From: Eledone cirrhosa
Lineage: Eukaryota
NCBI GenBank assembly: GCA_964016885.1
Contig: OZ024742.1
Coordinates: 277,264,001-277,328,000 of the forward strand
Direction of reading: 5' to 3'
Length of the DNA stretch: 64,000 nucleotides
Shown here in pieces: positions 1 through 10,862 of the stretch. A model generated the notes under the pieces. The model had not been told where the DNA came from. It did not search any database and saw only the letters and a list, made by a program, of their open reading frames with translations. A program made the position numbers and the translations under genes. Every line of letters starts with the position of its first letter. Position 1 is the stretch's first letter.

Positions 1-7
1 CATGGGA
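1..7 (-). tRNA. 5' 7 nt of tRNA-Glu(TTC), truncated by window edge
   Basis: catggga is the reverse complement of TCCCATG and lies 181 bp before the Asp gene, as in the other units. Confidence 0.8.
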
Positions 8-188
8 AGCCATTGCTGAAATGAGGAAATAGTACACTTTTAAATGTGACAATATATTAATAAACTGTAGAAACTTCTATATATTTAGAGAAGCAGGCAT
101 AACATGACAGACACGGTTTTCATTCATAGATAAATATCACTAGCGATTTCTTCAATACGTTGCTTTACTAGAGGTCACCACCTATACA

Positions 189-260
189 TCCTCGGTAGTA
201 TAGTGGTAAGTATCCCCGCCTGTCACGCGGGAGACCGGGGTTCGATTCCCCGCCGGGGAG
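189..260 (+). tRNA. tRNA-Asp(GTC)
   Basis: TCCTCGG-TA-GTAT-AGTGGTAA-GTAT-C-CCCGC-CTGTCAC-GCGGG-AGAC-CGGGG-TTCGATT-CCCCG-CCGGGGA-G. 72 nt cloverleaf, A/B boxes, G73, no encoded CCA. Confidence 0.97.
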
Positions 261-269
261 TACATACAC

Positions 270-274
270 TTTTT
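270..274 (+). terminator. Pol III terminator (T5) for tRNA-Asp; same position in every unit
   Basis: TTTTT 9 nt after the discriminator base. Confidence 0.85.
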
Positions 275-490
275 ATCTATGAAAGAACAAAATTTTAGAT
301 TTTTACACACATTCTCTCTTAGATGTTCAACATATCTTTCCATAACGATCGGTCAATTGTTAGCACTACACATGGCAACTACCATTTTCATCTGGCATTC
401 TAGCATATTTAATTCTTTCCATTTTACCGTCGTCCCATCTCTGGCAACTAAACAATCTCTCGTTTCGTTCATCTCAAAAATATAAATTCA

Positions 491-959
491 TGTTTGCACA
501 CACAAAGCTAAACTCAAAGCCTCAGCTCGAGCCAGCGCGGCTGGACCGAGGGGACGCCATGACAATCTCCCCATTCCGTGACGGTAGGCCACACGTCTCT
601 CATGCTACACGATGTGGCACCTTCTCTAGCGGCAGCATGCTGCGTCCGGCTGCCAGCTTAGTATCCGCTGTTTGCCATGCCGAAGATGGCAAACTGTCCG
701 AGTATCGGCCGCTTTCTTATATGTTTGTGGTAGAGCGAGTAGCAGTGGAGACTACCAGTGTTCTTGACGCCTAGACAACGGCCCCCGCTCATGGCCATCG
801 GAGCTGAGTTGGGTGCGCGAAGTTGCAAGTCTCCCCCAGTTTGATTGGCTCTACCAGCTCGTCTCCGTCACCGTCCTCCCAGGCAATATATTCTTCATCA
901 TGTCGGTACGAAGAGGTGCAGGGTATGATAGTTTCCACCTCATATTTCTCTTCTGCTGC
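491..959 (-). mobile_element. Possible decayed LTR-retrotransposon 3' remnant (chromodomain-like frame, PPT-like tract, TGT...ACA segment); present in every unit
   Basis: Minus-strand frame 959-789 reads AAEEKYEVETIIPCTSSYR(H/Q)DEEYIAWEDGDGDELVEPIKL..., followed by GAGCGGGGG, then TGTCTAGG at 777, TATAAG at 721-716 and ACA at 493-491. Motif resemblance by eye only. Confidence 0.3.
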
Positions 960-1084
960 CTAGATATTTCTTCCTAGACCTATGTTACCGAAAGTTTTCA
1001 GAGTAATCGAATGCAACAGCTGATTTTTGATTTCATAAAAACGACAACGACGATATCAACATAAGAGAAGAATACATTTGGAAA

Positions 1085-1123
1085 GGTTGATTGGTGGTAA
1101 GTATTTCCGTTGGACATGCAAAA
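1085..1123 (+). pseudogene. Possible highly decayed tRNA-Asp-derived fragment; present in every unit
   Basis: GTGGTAAGTATttCCGttgGaCAtGCaaaA aligns without gaps to Asp gene nt 15-44 at 20/30; 8 of the 10 differences are C>T or G>A. Confidence 0.35.
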
Positions 1124-1258
1124 TTATTGCCGACGTATAGTGTTGAAATATTGCACAAGTTTTCTGATTAATGAAACAATGTTTCGATTATGACATCATC
1201 ACTATTTAAATAGTGATAAGGACGCTTACAAATTGTTCAAAGAAGCAAAGAATGGAGT

Positions 1259-1262
1259 AAAA
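1259..1262 (-). terminator. Pol III terminator (T4) for tRNA-Glu; reduced to T3 in 9 units
   Basis: Minus strand reads ...GGGAA-CTCTAATTG-TTTT-AC, 9 nt after the discriminator base. Confidence 0.7.
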
Positions 1263-1271
1263 CAATTAGAG

Positions 1272-1343
1272 TTCCCATGCCGGGAATCGAACCCGGGCCA
1301 CCTGGGTGAAAGCCAGGAATCCTAACCACTAGACCACATGGGA
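1272..1343 (-). tRNA. tRNA-Glu(TTC)
   Basis: Reverse complement TCCCATG-TG-GTCT-AGTGGTTA-GGAT-T-CCTGG-CTTTCAC-CCAGG-TGGC-CCGGG-TTCGATT-CCCGG-CATGGGA-A. 72 nt cloverleaf. Confidence 0.96.
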
Positions 1344-1524
1344 AGCCATTGCTGAAATTAGGAAATAGTACACTTTTAAATGTGACAATATATTAATAAA
1401 CTGTAGACACTTCTATATATTTATAGAAGCAGGCATAACATGACAGGCACGGTTTTCATTCATAGATAAATATCACTAGCGATTTCTTCAATACGTTGCT
1501 CTACTAAAGGTCACCACCTATACA
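1344..1524. promoter_or_regulatory. 181 bp AT-rich divergent spacer shared by Glu(-) and Asp(+) genes
   Basis: Head-to-head Pol III genes. TTTAAAA lies about 31-37 nt upstream of Glu; AT-rich inverted repeat at 1411-1428. Confidence 0.5.
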
Positions 1525-1596
1525 TCCTCGGTAGTATAGTGGTAAGTATCCCCGCCTGTCACGCGGGAGACCGGGGTTCGATTCCCCGCCGGGGAG
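1525..1596 (+). tRNA. tRNA-Asp(GTC)
   Basis: Consensus copy. Confidence 0.96.
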
Positions 1597-2590
1597 GTAA
1601 ATATACTTTTTATCTATGAAAGAACAAAATTCTCTCTTAGATGTTCAACATATCTTTCCATAACGATCGGTCAATTGTTAGCACTACACATGGCAACTAC
1701 CATTTTCATCTGGCATTCTAGCATATTTAATTCTTTCCATTTTACCGTCGTCCCATCTCTGGCAACTAAACAATCTCTCGTTTCGTTCATCTCAAAAATA
1801 TTAATTCATGTTTGCACACACAAAGCTAAACTCAAAGCCTCAGCTCGAGCCAGCGCGGCTGGACCGAGGGGACCGCATGACAATCTCCCAAATTCCGTGA
1901 CGGTAGGCCACACGTCTCTCTTGCTACACGATGTGGCACCTTCTCTAGCGGCAGCATGCTGCGTCCGGCTGCCAGCTTAGTATCCGCTGTTTGCCATGCC
2001 GAAGATGGCAAACTGTCCGAGTATCGGCCGCTTTCTTATATGTTTGTGGTAGAGCGAGTAGCAGTGGAGACTACCAGTGTTCTTGACGCCTAGACAACGG
2101 CCCCCGCTCATGGCCATCGGAGCTGAGTTGGGTGAGCGAAGTTGCAAGTCTCCCCCAGTTTGATTGGCTCTACCAGCTCGTCTCCGTCACCGTCCTCCCA
2201 GGCAATATATTCTTCATCCTGTCGGTACGAAGAGGTGCAGGGTATGATAGTTTCCACCTCATATTTCTCTTCTGCTGCCTAGATATTTCTTCCTAGACAT
2301 ATGTTACCGAAAGTTTTCAGAATAATCGAAAGCAACAGCTGATTTTTGATTTCATAAAAACGACAACGACGATATCAACATAAGAGAAGAATACATTTGG
2401 AAAGGTTGATTGGTGGTAAGTATTTCCGTTGGACATGCAAAATTATTGCCGACGTATAGTGTTGAAATATTGCACAAGTTTACTGATTAATGAAACAATG
2501 TTTCGACTATTACATCATCACTATTTAAATTGTGATAAGGACGCTTACAAATTGTTAGAAGAAGCAAAGAATGGAGTAAAACAATTAGAG

Positions 2591-2662
2591 TTCCCATGCT
2601 GGGAATAGAACCCGGGCCGCCTGGGTGAAAGCCAGGAATCCTAACCACTAGACCACATGGGA
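2591..2662 (-). pseudogene. tRNA-Glu(TTC), T-arm-damaged variant
   Basis: G57T in the B box (TTCTATT) and a G64A T-stem mismatch. Confidence 0.75.
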
Positions 2663-2843
2663 AGCCATTGCTGAAATGAGGAAATAGTACACTTTTAAAT
2701 GTGACAATATGTTAATAAACTGTAGACACTTCTATATATTTATAGAAGCAGGCATAACATGACAGGCACGGTTTTCATTCATAGATAAATATCACTAGCG
2801 ATTTCTTCAATACGTTGCTCTACTAAAGGTCACCACCTATACA

Positions 2844-2915
2844 TCCTCGGTAGTATAGTGGTAAGTATCCCCGCCTGTCACGCGGGAGACCGGGGTTCGA
2901 TTCCCCGCCGGGGAG
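2844..2915 (+). tRNA. tRNA-Asp(GTC)
   Basis: Consensus copy. Confidence 0.96.
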
Positions 2916-3927
2916 GTACATATACTTTTTATCTATGAAAGAACAAAATTTTAGATTTTTACACACATTCTCTCTTAGATGTTCAACATATCTTTCCATA
3001 ACGATCGGTCAATTGTTAGCACTACACATGGCAACTACCATTTTCATCTGGCATTCTAGCATATTTAATTCTTTCCATTTTACCGTCGTCCCATCTCTGG
3101 CAACTAAACAATCTCTCGTTTCGTTCATCTCAAAAATATTAATTCATGTTTGCACACACAAAGCTAAACTCAAAGCCTCAGCTCGAGCCAGCGCGGCTGG
3201 ACCGAGGGGACCGCATGACAATCTCCCCATTCCGTGACGGTAGGCCACACGTCTCTCTTGCTACACGATGTGGCACCTTCTCTAGCGGCAGCATGCTGCG
3301 TCCGGCTGCCAGCTTAGGATCCGCTGTTTGCCATGCCGAAGATGGCAAACTGTCCGAGTATTGGCCGCTTTCTAATATGTTTGTGGTAGAGCGAGTAGCA
3401 GTGGAGACTACCAGTGTTCTTGACCCCTAGACAACGGCCCCCGCTCATGGCCATCGGAGCTGAGTTGGGTGAGCGAAGTTGCAAGTCTCCCCCAGTTTGA
3501 TTGGCTCTACCAGCTCGTCTCCGTCACCGTCCTCCCAGGCAATATATTCTTCATCCTGTCGGTACGAAGAGGTGCAGGGTATGAAAGTTTCCACCTCATA
3601 TTTCTCTTCTGCTGCCTAGATATTTCTTCCTAGACATATGTTACCGAAAGTTTTCAGAGTAATCGAAAGCAACAGCTGATTTTTGATTTCATAAAAACGA
3701 CAACGACGATATCAACATAAGAGAAGAATACATTTGGAAAGGTTGATTGGTGGTAAGTATTTCCGTTGGACATGCAAAATTATTGCCGACGTATAGTGTT
3801 GAAATATTGCACAAGTTTTCTGATTAATGAAACAATGTTTCGATTATGACATCATCACTATTTAAATAGTGATAAGGACGCTTACAAATTGTTCAAAGAA
3901 GCAAAGAATGGAGTAAAACAATTAGAG

Positions 3928-3999
3928 TTCCCATGCCGGGAATCGAACCCGGGCCACCTGGGTGAAAGCCAGGAATCCTAACCACTAGACCACATGGGA
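3928..3999 (-). tRNA. tRNA-Glu(TTC)
   Basis: Intact; TGGC variable-loop variant. Confidence 0.95.
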
Positions 4000-4180
4000 A
4001 GCCATTGCTGAAATGAGGAAATAGTACACTTTTAAATGTGACAATATATTAATAAACTGTAGAAACTTCAAAATATTTAGACAAGCAGGCATAACATGAC
4101 AGGCACGGTTTTCATTCATAGATAAATATCACTAGCGATTTCTTCAATACGTTGCTTTTCTAAAAGTCACCACCTATACA

Positions 4181-4252
4181 TCCTCGGTAGTATAGTGGTA
4201 AGTATCCCCGCCTGTCACGCGGGAGACCGGGGTTCGATTCCCCGCCGGGGAG
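4181..4252 (+). tRNA. tRNA-Asp(GTC)
   Basis: Consensus copy. Confidence 0.96.
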
Positions 4253-5263
4253 TACATACACTTTTTATCTATGAAAGAACAAAATTTTAGATTTTTACAC
4301 ACATTCTCTCTTAGATGTTCAACATATCTTTCCATAACGATCGGTCAATTGTTAGCACTACACATGGCAACTACCATTTTCATCTGGCATTCTAGCATAT
4401 TTAATTCTTTCCATTTTACCGTCGTCCCATCTCTGGCAACTAAACAATCTCTCGTTTCGTTCATCTCAAAAATATTAATTCATGTTTGCACACACAAAGC
4501 TAAACTCAAAGCCTCAGCTCGAGCCAGCGCGGCTGGACCGAGGGGACCGCATGACAATCTCCCCATTCCGTGACGGTAGGCCACACGTCTCTCTTGCTAC
4601 ACGATGTGGCACCTTCTCTAGCGGCAGCATGCTGCGTCCGGCTGCCAGCTTAGTATCCGCTGTTTGCCATGCCGAAGATGGCAAACTGTCCGAGTATCGG
4701 CCGCTTTCTTATATGTTTGTGGTAGAGCGAGTAGCAGTGGAGACTACCAGTGTTCTTGACGCCTAGACAACGGCCCCCGCTCATGGCCATCGGAGCTGAG
4801 TTGGGTGCGCGAAGTTGCAAGTCTCCCCCAGTTTGATTGGCTCTACCAGCTCGTCTCCGTCACCGTCCTCCCAGGCAATATATTCTTCATCCTGTCGGTA
4901 CGAAGAGGTGCAGGGTATGATAGTTTCCACCTCATATTTCTCTTCTGCTGCCTAGATATTTCTTCCTAGACATATGTTACCGAAAGTTTTCAGAGTAATC
5001 GAAAGCAACAGCTGATTTTTGATTTCATAAAAACGACAACGACGATATCAACATAAGAGAAGAATACATTTGGAAAGGTTGATTGGTGGTAAGTATTTCC
5101 GTTGGACATGCAAAATAATTGCCGACGTATAGTGTTGAAATATTGCACAAGTTTACTGATTAATGAAACAATGTTTCAACTATTACATCATCACTATTTA
5201 AATTGTGATAAGGACGCTTACAAATTGTTAGAAGAAGCAAAGAATGGAGTAAAACAATTAGAG

Positions 5264-5335
5264 TTCCCATGCCGGGAATCGAACCCGGGCCGCCTGGGTG
5301 AAAGCCAGGAATCCTAACCACTAGACCACATGGGA
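5264..5335 (-). tRNA. tRNA-Glu(TTC)
   Basis: Consensus copy (CGGC variable loop). Confidence 0.96.
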
Positions 5336-5516
5336 AGCCATTGCTGAAATGAGGAAATAGTACACTTTTAAATGTGACAATATATTAATAAACTGTAGAA
5401 ACTTCTATATATTTAGAGAAGCAGGCATAACATGACAGACACGGTTTTCATTCATAGATAAATATCACTAGCGATTTCTTCAATACGTTGCTTTACTAGA
5501 GGTCACCACCTATACA

Positions 5517-5588
5517 TCCTCGGTAGTATAGTGGTAAGTATCCCCGCCTGTCACGCGGGAGACCGGGGTTCGATTCCCCGCCGGGGAG
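5517..5588 (+). tRNA. tRNA-Asp(GTC)
   Basis: Consensus copy. Confidence 0.96.
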
Positions 5589-6599
5589 TACATACACTTT
5601 TTATCTATGAAAGAACAAAATTTTAGATTTTTACACACATTCTCTCTTAGATGTTCAACATATCTTTCCATAACGATCGGTCAATTGTTAGCACTACACA
5701 TGGCAACTACCATTTTCATCTGGCATTCTAGCATATTTAATTCTTTCCATTTTACCGTCGTCCCATCTCTGGCAACTAAACAATCTCTCGTTTCGTTCAT
5801 CTCAAAAATATAAATTCATGTTTGCACACACAAAGCTAAACTCAAAGCCTCAGCTCGAGCCAGCGCGGCTGGACCGAGGGGACGCCATGACAATCTCCCC
5901 ATTCCGTGACGGTAGGCCACACGTCTCTCATGCTACACGATGTGGCACCTTCTCTAGCGGCAGCATGCTGCGTCCGGCTGCCAGCTTAGTATCCGCTGTT
6001 TGCCATGCCGAAGATGGCAAACTGTCCGAGTATCGGCCGCTTTCTTATATGTTTGTGGTAGAGCGAGTAGCAGTGGAGACTACCAGTGTTCTTGACGCCT
6101 AGACAACGGCCCCCGCTCATGGCCATCGGAGCTGAGTTGGGTGCGCGAAGTTGCAAGTCTCCCCCAGTTTGATTGGCTCTACCAGCTCGTCTCCGTCACC
6201 GTCCTCCCAGGCAATATATTCTTCATCATGTCGGTACGAAGAGGTGCAGGGTATGATAGTTTCCACCTCATATTTCTCTTCTGCTGCCTAGATATTTCTT
6301 CCTAGACCTATGTTACCGAAAGTTTTCAGAGTAATCGAATGCAACAGCTGATTTTTGATTTCATAAAAACGACAACGACGATATCAACATAAGAGAAGAA
6401 TACATTTGGAAAGGTTGATTGGTGGTAAGTATTTCCGTTGGACATGCAAAATTATTGCCGACGTATAGTGTTGAAATATTGCACAAGTTTTCTGATTAAT
6501 GAAACAATGTTTCGATTATGACATCATCACTATTTAAATAGTGATAAGGACGCTTACAAATTGTTCAAAGAAGCAAAGAATGGAGTAAAACAATTAGAG

Positions 6600-6671
6600 T
6601 TCCCATGCCGGGAATCGAACCCGGGCCACCTGGGTGAAAGCCAGGAATCCTAACCACTAGACCACATGGGA
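6600..6671 (-). tRNA. tRNA-Glu(TTC)
   Basis: Intact; TGGC variant. Confidence 0.95.
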
Positions 6672-6852
6672 AGCCATTGCTGAAATTAGGAAATAGTACA
6701 CTTTTAAATGTGACAATATATTAATAAACTGTAGACACTTCTATATATTTATAGAAGCAGGCATAACATGACAGGCACGGTTTTCATTCATAGATAAATA
6801 TCACTAGCGATTTCTTCAATACGTTGCTCTACTAAAGGTCACCACCTATACA

Positions 6853-6924
6853 TCCTCGGTAGTATAGTGGTAAGTATCTCCGCCTGTCACGCGGGAGACC
6901 GGGGTTCGATTCCCCGCCGGGGAG
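6853..6924 (+). tRNA. tRNA-Asp(GTC)
   Basis: C27T gives a T-G wobble in the anticodon stem; otherwise consensus. Confidence 0.92.
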
Positions 6925-7936
6925 GTACATATACTTTTTATCTATGAAAGAACAAAATTTTAGATTTTTACACACATTCTCTCTTAGATGTTCAACATAT
7001 CTTTCCATAACGATCGGTCAATTGTTAGCACTACACATGGCAACTACCATTTTCATCTGGCATTCTAGCATATTTAATTCTTTCCATTTTACCGTCGTCC
7101 CATCTCTGGCAACTAAACAATCTCTCGTTTCGTTCATCTCAAAAATATTAATTCATGTTTGCACACACAAAGCTAAACTCAAAGCCTCAGCTCGAGCCAG
7201 CGCGGCTGGACCGAGGGGACCGCATGACAATCTCCCCATTCCGTGACGGTAGGCCACACGTCTCTCTTGCTACACGATGTGGCACCTTCTCTAGCGGCAG
7301 CATGCTGCGTCCGGCTGCCAGCTTAGGATCCGCTGTTTGCCATGCCGAAGATGGCAAACTGTCCGAGTATTGGCCGCTTTCTTATATGTTTGTGGTAGAG
7401 CGAGTAGCAGTGGAGACTACCAGTGTTCTTGACCCCTAGACAACGGCCCCCGCTCATGGCCATCGGAGCTGAGTTGGGTGAGCGAAGTTGCAAGTCTCCC
7501 CCAGTTTGATTGGCTCTACCAGCTCGTCTCCGTCACCGTCCTCCCAGGCAATATATTCTTCATCCTGTCGGTACGAAGAGGTGCAGGGTATGATAGTTTC
7601 CACCTCATATTTCTCTTCTGCTGCCTAGATATTTCTTCCTAGACATATGTTACCGAAAGTTTTCAGAGTAATCGAAAGCAACAGCTGATTTTTGATTTCA
7701 TAAAAACGACAACGACGATATCAACATAAGAGAAGAATACATTTGGAAAGGTTGATTGGTGGTAAGTATTTCCGTTGGACATGCAAAATTATTGCCGACG
7801 TATAGTGTTGAAATATTGCACAAGTTTACTGATTAATGAAACAATGTTTCGACTATTACATCATCACTATTTAAATTGTGATAAGGACGCTTACAAATTG
7901 TTAGAAGAAGCAAAGAATGGAGTAAAACAATTAGAG

Positions 7937-8008
7937 TTCCCATGCTGGGAATAGAACCCGGGCCGCCTGGGTGAAAGCCAGGAATCCTAACCACTAGACC
8001 ACATGGGA
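7937..8008 (-). pseudogene. tRNA-Glu(TTC), T-arm-damaged variant
   Basis: G57T plus G64A, as at 2591. Confidence 0.75.
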
Positions 8009-8189
8009 AGCCATTGCTGAAATGAGGAAATAGTACACTTTTAAATGTGACAATATATTAATAAACTGTAGAAACTTCAAAATATTTAGACAAGCAGGCA
8101 TAACATGACAGGCACGGTTTTCATTCATAGATAAATATCACTAGCGATTTCTTCAATACGTTGCTTTACTAAAGGTCACCACCTATACA

Positions 8190-8261
8190 TCCTCGGTAGT
8201 ATAGTGGTAAGTATCCCCGCCTGTCACGCGGGAGACCGGGGTTCGATTCCCCGCCGGGGAG
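8190..8261 (+). tRNA. tRNA-Asp(GTC)
   Basis: Consensus copy. Confidence 0.96.
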
Positions 8262-9272
8262 TACATACACTTTTTATCTATGAAAGAACAAAATTTTAGA
8301 TTTTTACACACATTCTCTCTTAGATGTTCAACATATCTTTCCATAACGATCGGTCAATTGTTAGCACTACACATGGCAACTACCATTTTCATCTGGCATT
8401 CTAGCATATTTAATTCTTTCCATTTTACCGTCGTCCCATCTCTGGCAACTAAACAATCTCTCGTTTCGTTCATCTCAAAAATATTAATTCATGTTTGCAC
8501 ACACAAAGCTAAACTCAAAGCCTCAGCTCGAGCCAGCGCGGCTGGACCGAGGGGACCGCATGACAATCTCCCCATTCCGTGACGGTAGGCCACACGTCTC
8601 TCATGCTACACGATGTGGCACCTTCTCTAGCGGCAGCATGCTGCGTCCGGCTGCCAGCTTAGTATCCGCTGTTTGCCATGCCGAAGATGGAAAACTGTCC
8701 GAGTATCGGCCGCTTTCTTATATGTTTGTGGTAGAGCGAGTAGCAGTGGAGACTACCAGTGTTCTTCACGCCTAGACAACGGCCCCCACTCATGGCCATC
8801 GGAGCTGAGTTGGGTGCGCGAAGTTGCAAGTCTCCCCCAGTTTGATTGGCTCTACCAGCTCGTCTCCGTCACCGTCCTCCCAGGCAATATATTCTTCATC
8901 ATGTCGGTACGAAGAGGTGCAGGGTATGATAGTTTCCACCTCATATTTCTCTTCTGCTGCCTAGATATTTCTTCCTAGACCTATGTTACCGAAAGTTTTC
9001 AGAGTAATCGAATGCAACAGCTGATTTTTGATTTCATAAAAACGACAACGACGATATCAACATAAGAGAAGAATACATTTGGAAAGGTTGATTGGTGGTA
9101 AGTATTTCCGTTGGACATGCAAAATTATTGCCGACGTATATTGTTGAAATATTGCACAAGTTTACTGATTAATGAAACAATGTTTCGACTATTACATCAT
9201 CACTATTTAAATTGTGATAAGGACGCTTACAAATTGTTAGAAGAAGCAAAGAATGGAGTAAAAGAATTAGAG

Positions 9273-9344
9273 TTCCCATGCCGGGAATCGAACCCGGGCC
9301 GCCTGGGTGAAAGCCAGGAATCCTAACCACTAGACCACATGGGA
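9273..9344 (-). tRNA. tRNA-Glu(TTC)
   Basis: Consensus copy. Confidence 0.96.
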
Positions 9345-9525
9345 AGCCATTGCTGAAATGAGGAAATAGTACACTTTTAAATGTGACAATATATTAATAA
9401 ACTGTAGACACTTCTATATATTTATAGAAGCAGGCATAACATGACAGGCACGGTTTTCATTCATAGATAAATATCACTAGCGATTTCTTCAATACGTTGC
9501 TCTACTAAAGGTCACCACCTATACA

Positions 9526-9597
9526 TCCTCGGTAGTATAGTGGTAAGTATCCCCGCCTGTCACGCGGGAGACCGGGGTTCGATTCCCCGCCGGGGAG
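9526..9597 (+). tRNA. tRNA-Asp(GTC)
   Basis: Consensus copy. Confidence 0.96.
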
Positions 9598-10609
9598 GTA
9601 CATATACTTTTTATCTATGAAAGAACAAAATTTTAGATTTTTACACACATTCTCTCTTAGATGTTCAACATATCTTTCCATAACGATCGGTCAATTGTTA
9701 GCACTACACATGGCAACTACCATTTTCATCTGGCATTCTAGCATATTTAATTCTTTCCATTTTACCGTCGCCCCATCTCTGGCAACTAAACAATCTCTCG
9801 TTTCGTTCATCTCAAAAATATTAATTCATGTTTGCACACACAAAGCTAAACTCAAAGCCTCAGCTCGAGCCAGCGCGGCTGGACCGAGGGGACCGCATGA
9901 CAATCTCCCCATTCCGTGACGGTAGGCCACACGTCTCTCATGCTACACGATGTGGCACCTTCTCTAGCGGCAGCATGCTGCGTCCGGCTGCCAGCTTAGT
10001 ATCCGCTGTTTGCCATGCCGAAGATGGCAAACTGTCCGAGTATCGGCCGCTTTCTTATATGTTTGTGGTAGAGCGAGTAGCAGTGGAGACTACCAGTGTT
10101 CTTGACGCCTAGACAACGGCCCCCGCTCATGGCCATCGGAGCTGAGTTGGGTGCGCGAAGTTGCAAGTCTCCCCCAGTTTGATTGGCTCTACCAGCTCGT
10201 CTCCGTCACCGTCCTCCCAGGCAATATATTCTTCATCCTGTCGGTACGAAGAGGTGCAGGGTATGATAGTTTCCACCTCATATTTCTCTTCTGCTGCCTA
10301 GATATTTCTTCCTAGACATATGTTACCGAAAGTTTTCAGAGTAATCGAAAGCAACAGTTGATTTTTGATTTCATAAAAACGACAACGACGATATCAACAT
10401 AAGAGAAGAATACATTTGGAACGGTTGATTGGTGGTAAGTATTTCCGTTGGACATGCAAAATTATTGCCGACGTATAGTGTTGAAATATTGCACAAGTTT
10501 TCTGATTAATGAAACAATGTTTCGATTATGACATCATCACTATTTAAATAGTGATAAGGACGCTTACAAATTGTTCAAAGAAGCAAAGAATGGAGTAAAA
10601 CAATTAGAG

Positions 10610-10681
10610 TTCCCATGCCGGGAATCGAACCCGGGCCACCTGGGTGAAAGCCAGGAATCCTAACCACTAGACCACATGGGA
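10610..10681 (-). tRNA. tRNA-Glu(TTC)
   Basis: Intact; TGGC variant. Confidence 0.95.
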
Positions 10682-10862
10682 AGCCATTGCTGAAATGAGG
10701 AAATAGTACACTTTTAAATGTGACAATATATTAATAAACTGTAGAAACTTCAAAATATTTAGAGAAGCAGGCATAACATGACAGGCACGGTTTTCATTCA
10801 TAGATAAATATCACTAGCGATTTCTTCAATACGTTGCTTTACTAAAGGTCACCACCTATACA

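Noticed and set aside
279-774. Repeated + strand ORFs MKEQNFRF... (100 aa) and MFAHTKLN... (94 aa)
   Set aside because: They overlap each other in different frames and have no recognisable domain. They are broken by frameshifts, stops or start loss in several units (ORF ending at 485, deletion at ~1630, stop at ~14110, TTG start at 28386). Their recurrence only reflects the tandem repeat.
490-960. 5S rRNA, U snRNA, 7SL or histone gene in the GC-rich spacer
   Set aside because: I recognised no diagnostic motif of these families on either strand. An Rfam scan would be needed to exclude divergent ncRNAs.
770-980. CCTAGA(C/T) repeated at ~770, ~959 and ~973 as transposon termini or target-site duplication
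   Set aside because: These are 6-8 bp direct matches with no inverted partner and are compatible with chance.
1041-1054. ACGACAACGACGAT and short (CA)n/(CT)n runs as Entamoeba-style STRs
   Set aside because: They are too short and nearly invariant; only a +2 nt CA slip is seen at ~27075, ~33745 and ~49760.
5102-5317. ORF MDMQN...FPCRESNPGRLGESQES
   Set aside because: The C-terminus is the antisense translation of tRNA-Glu, and the frame has an internal stop in many units.
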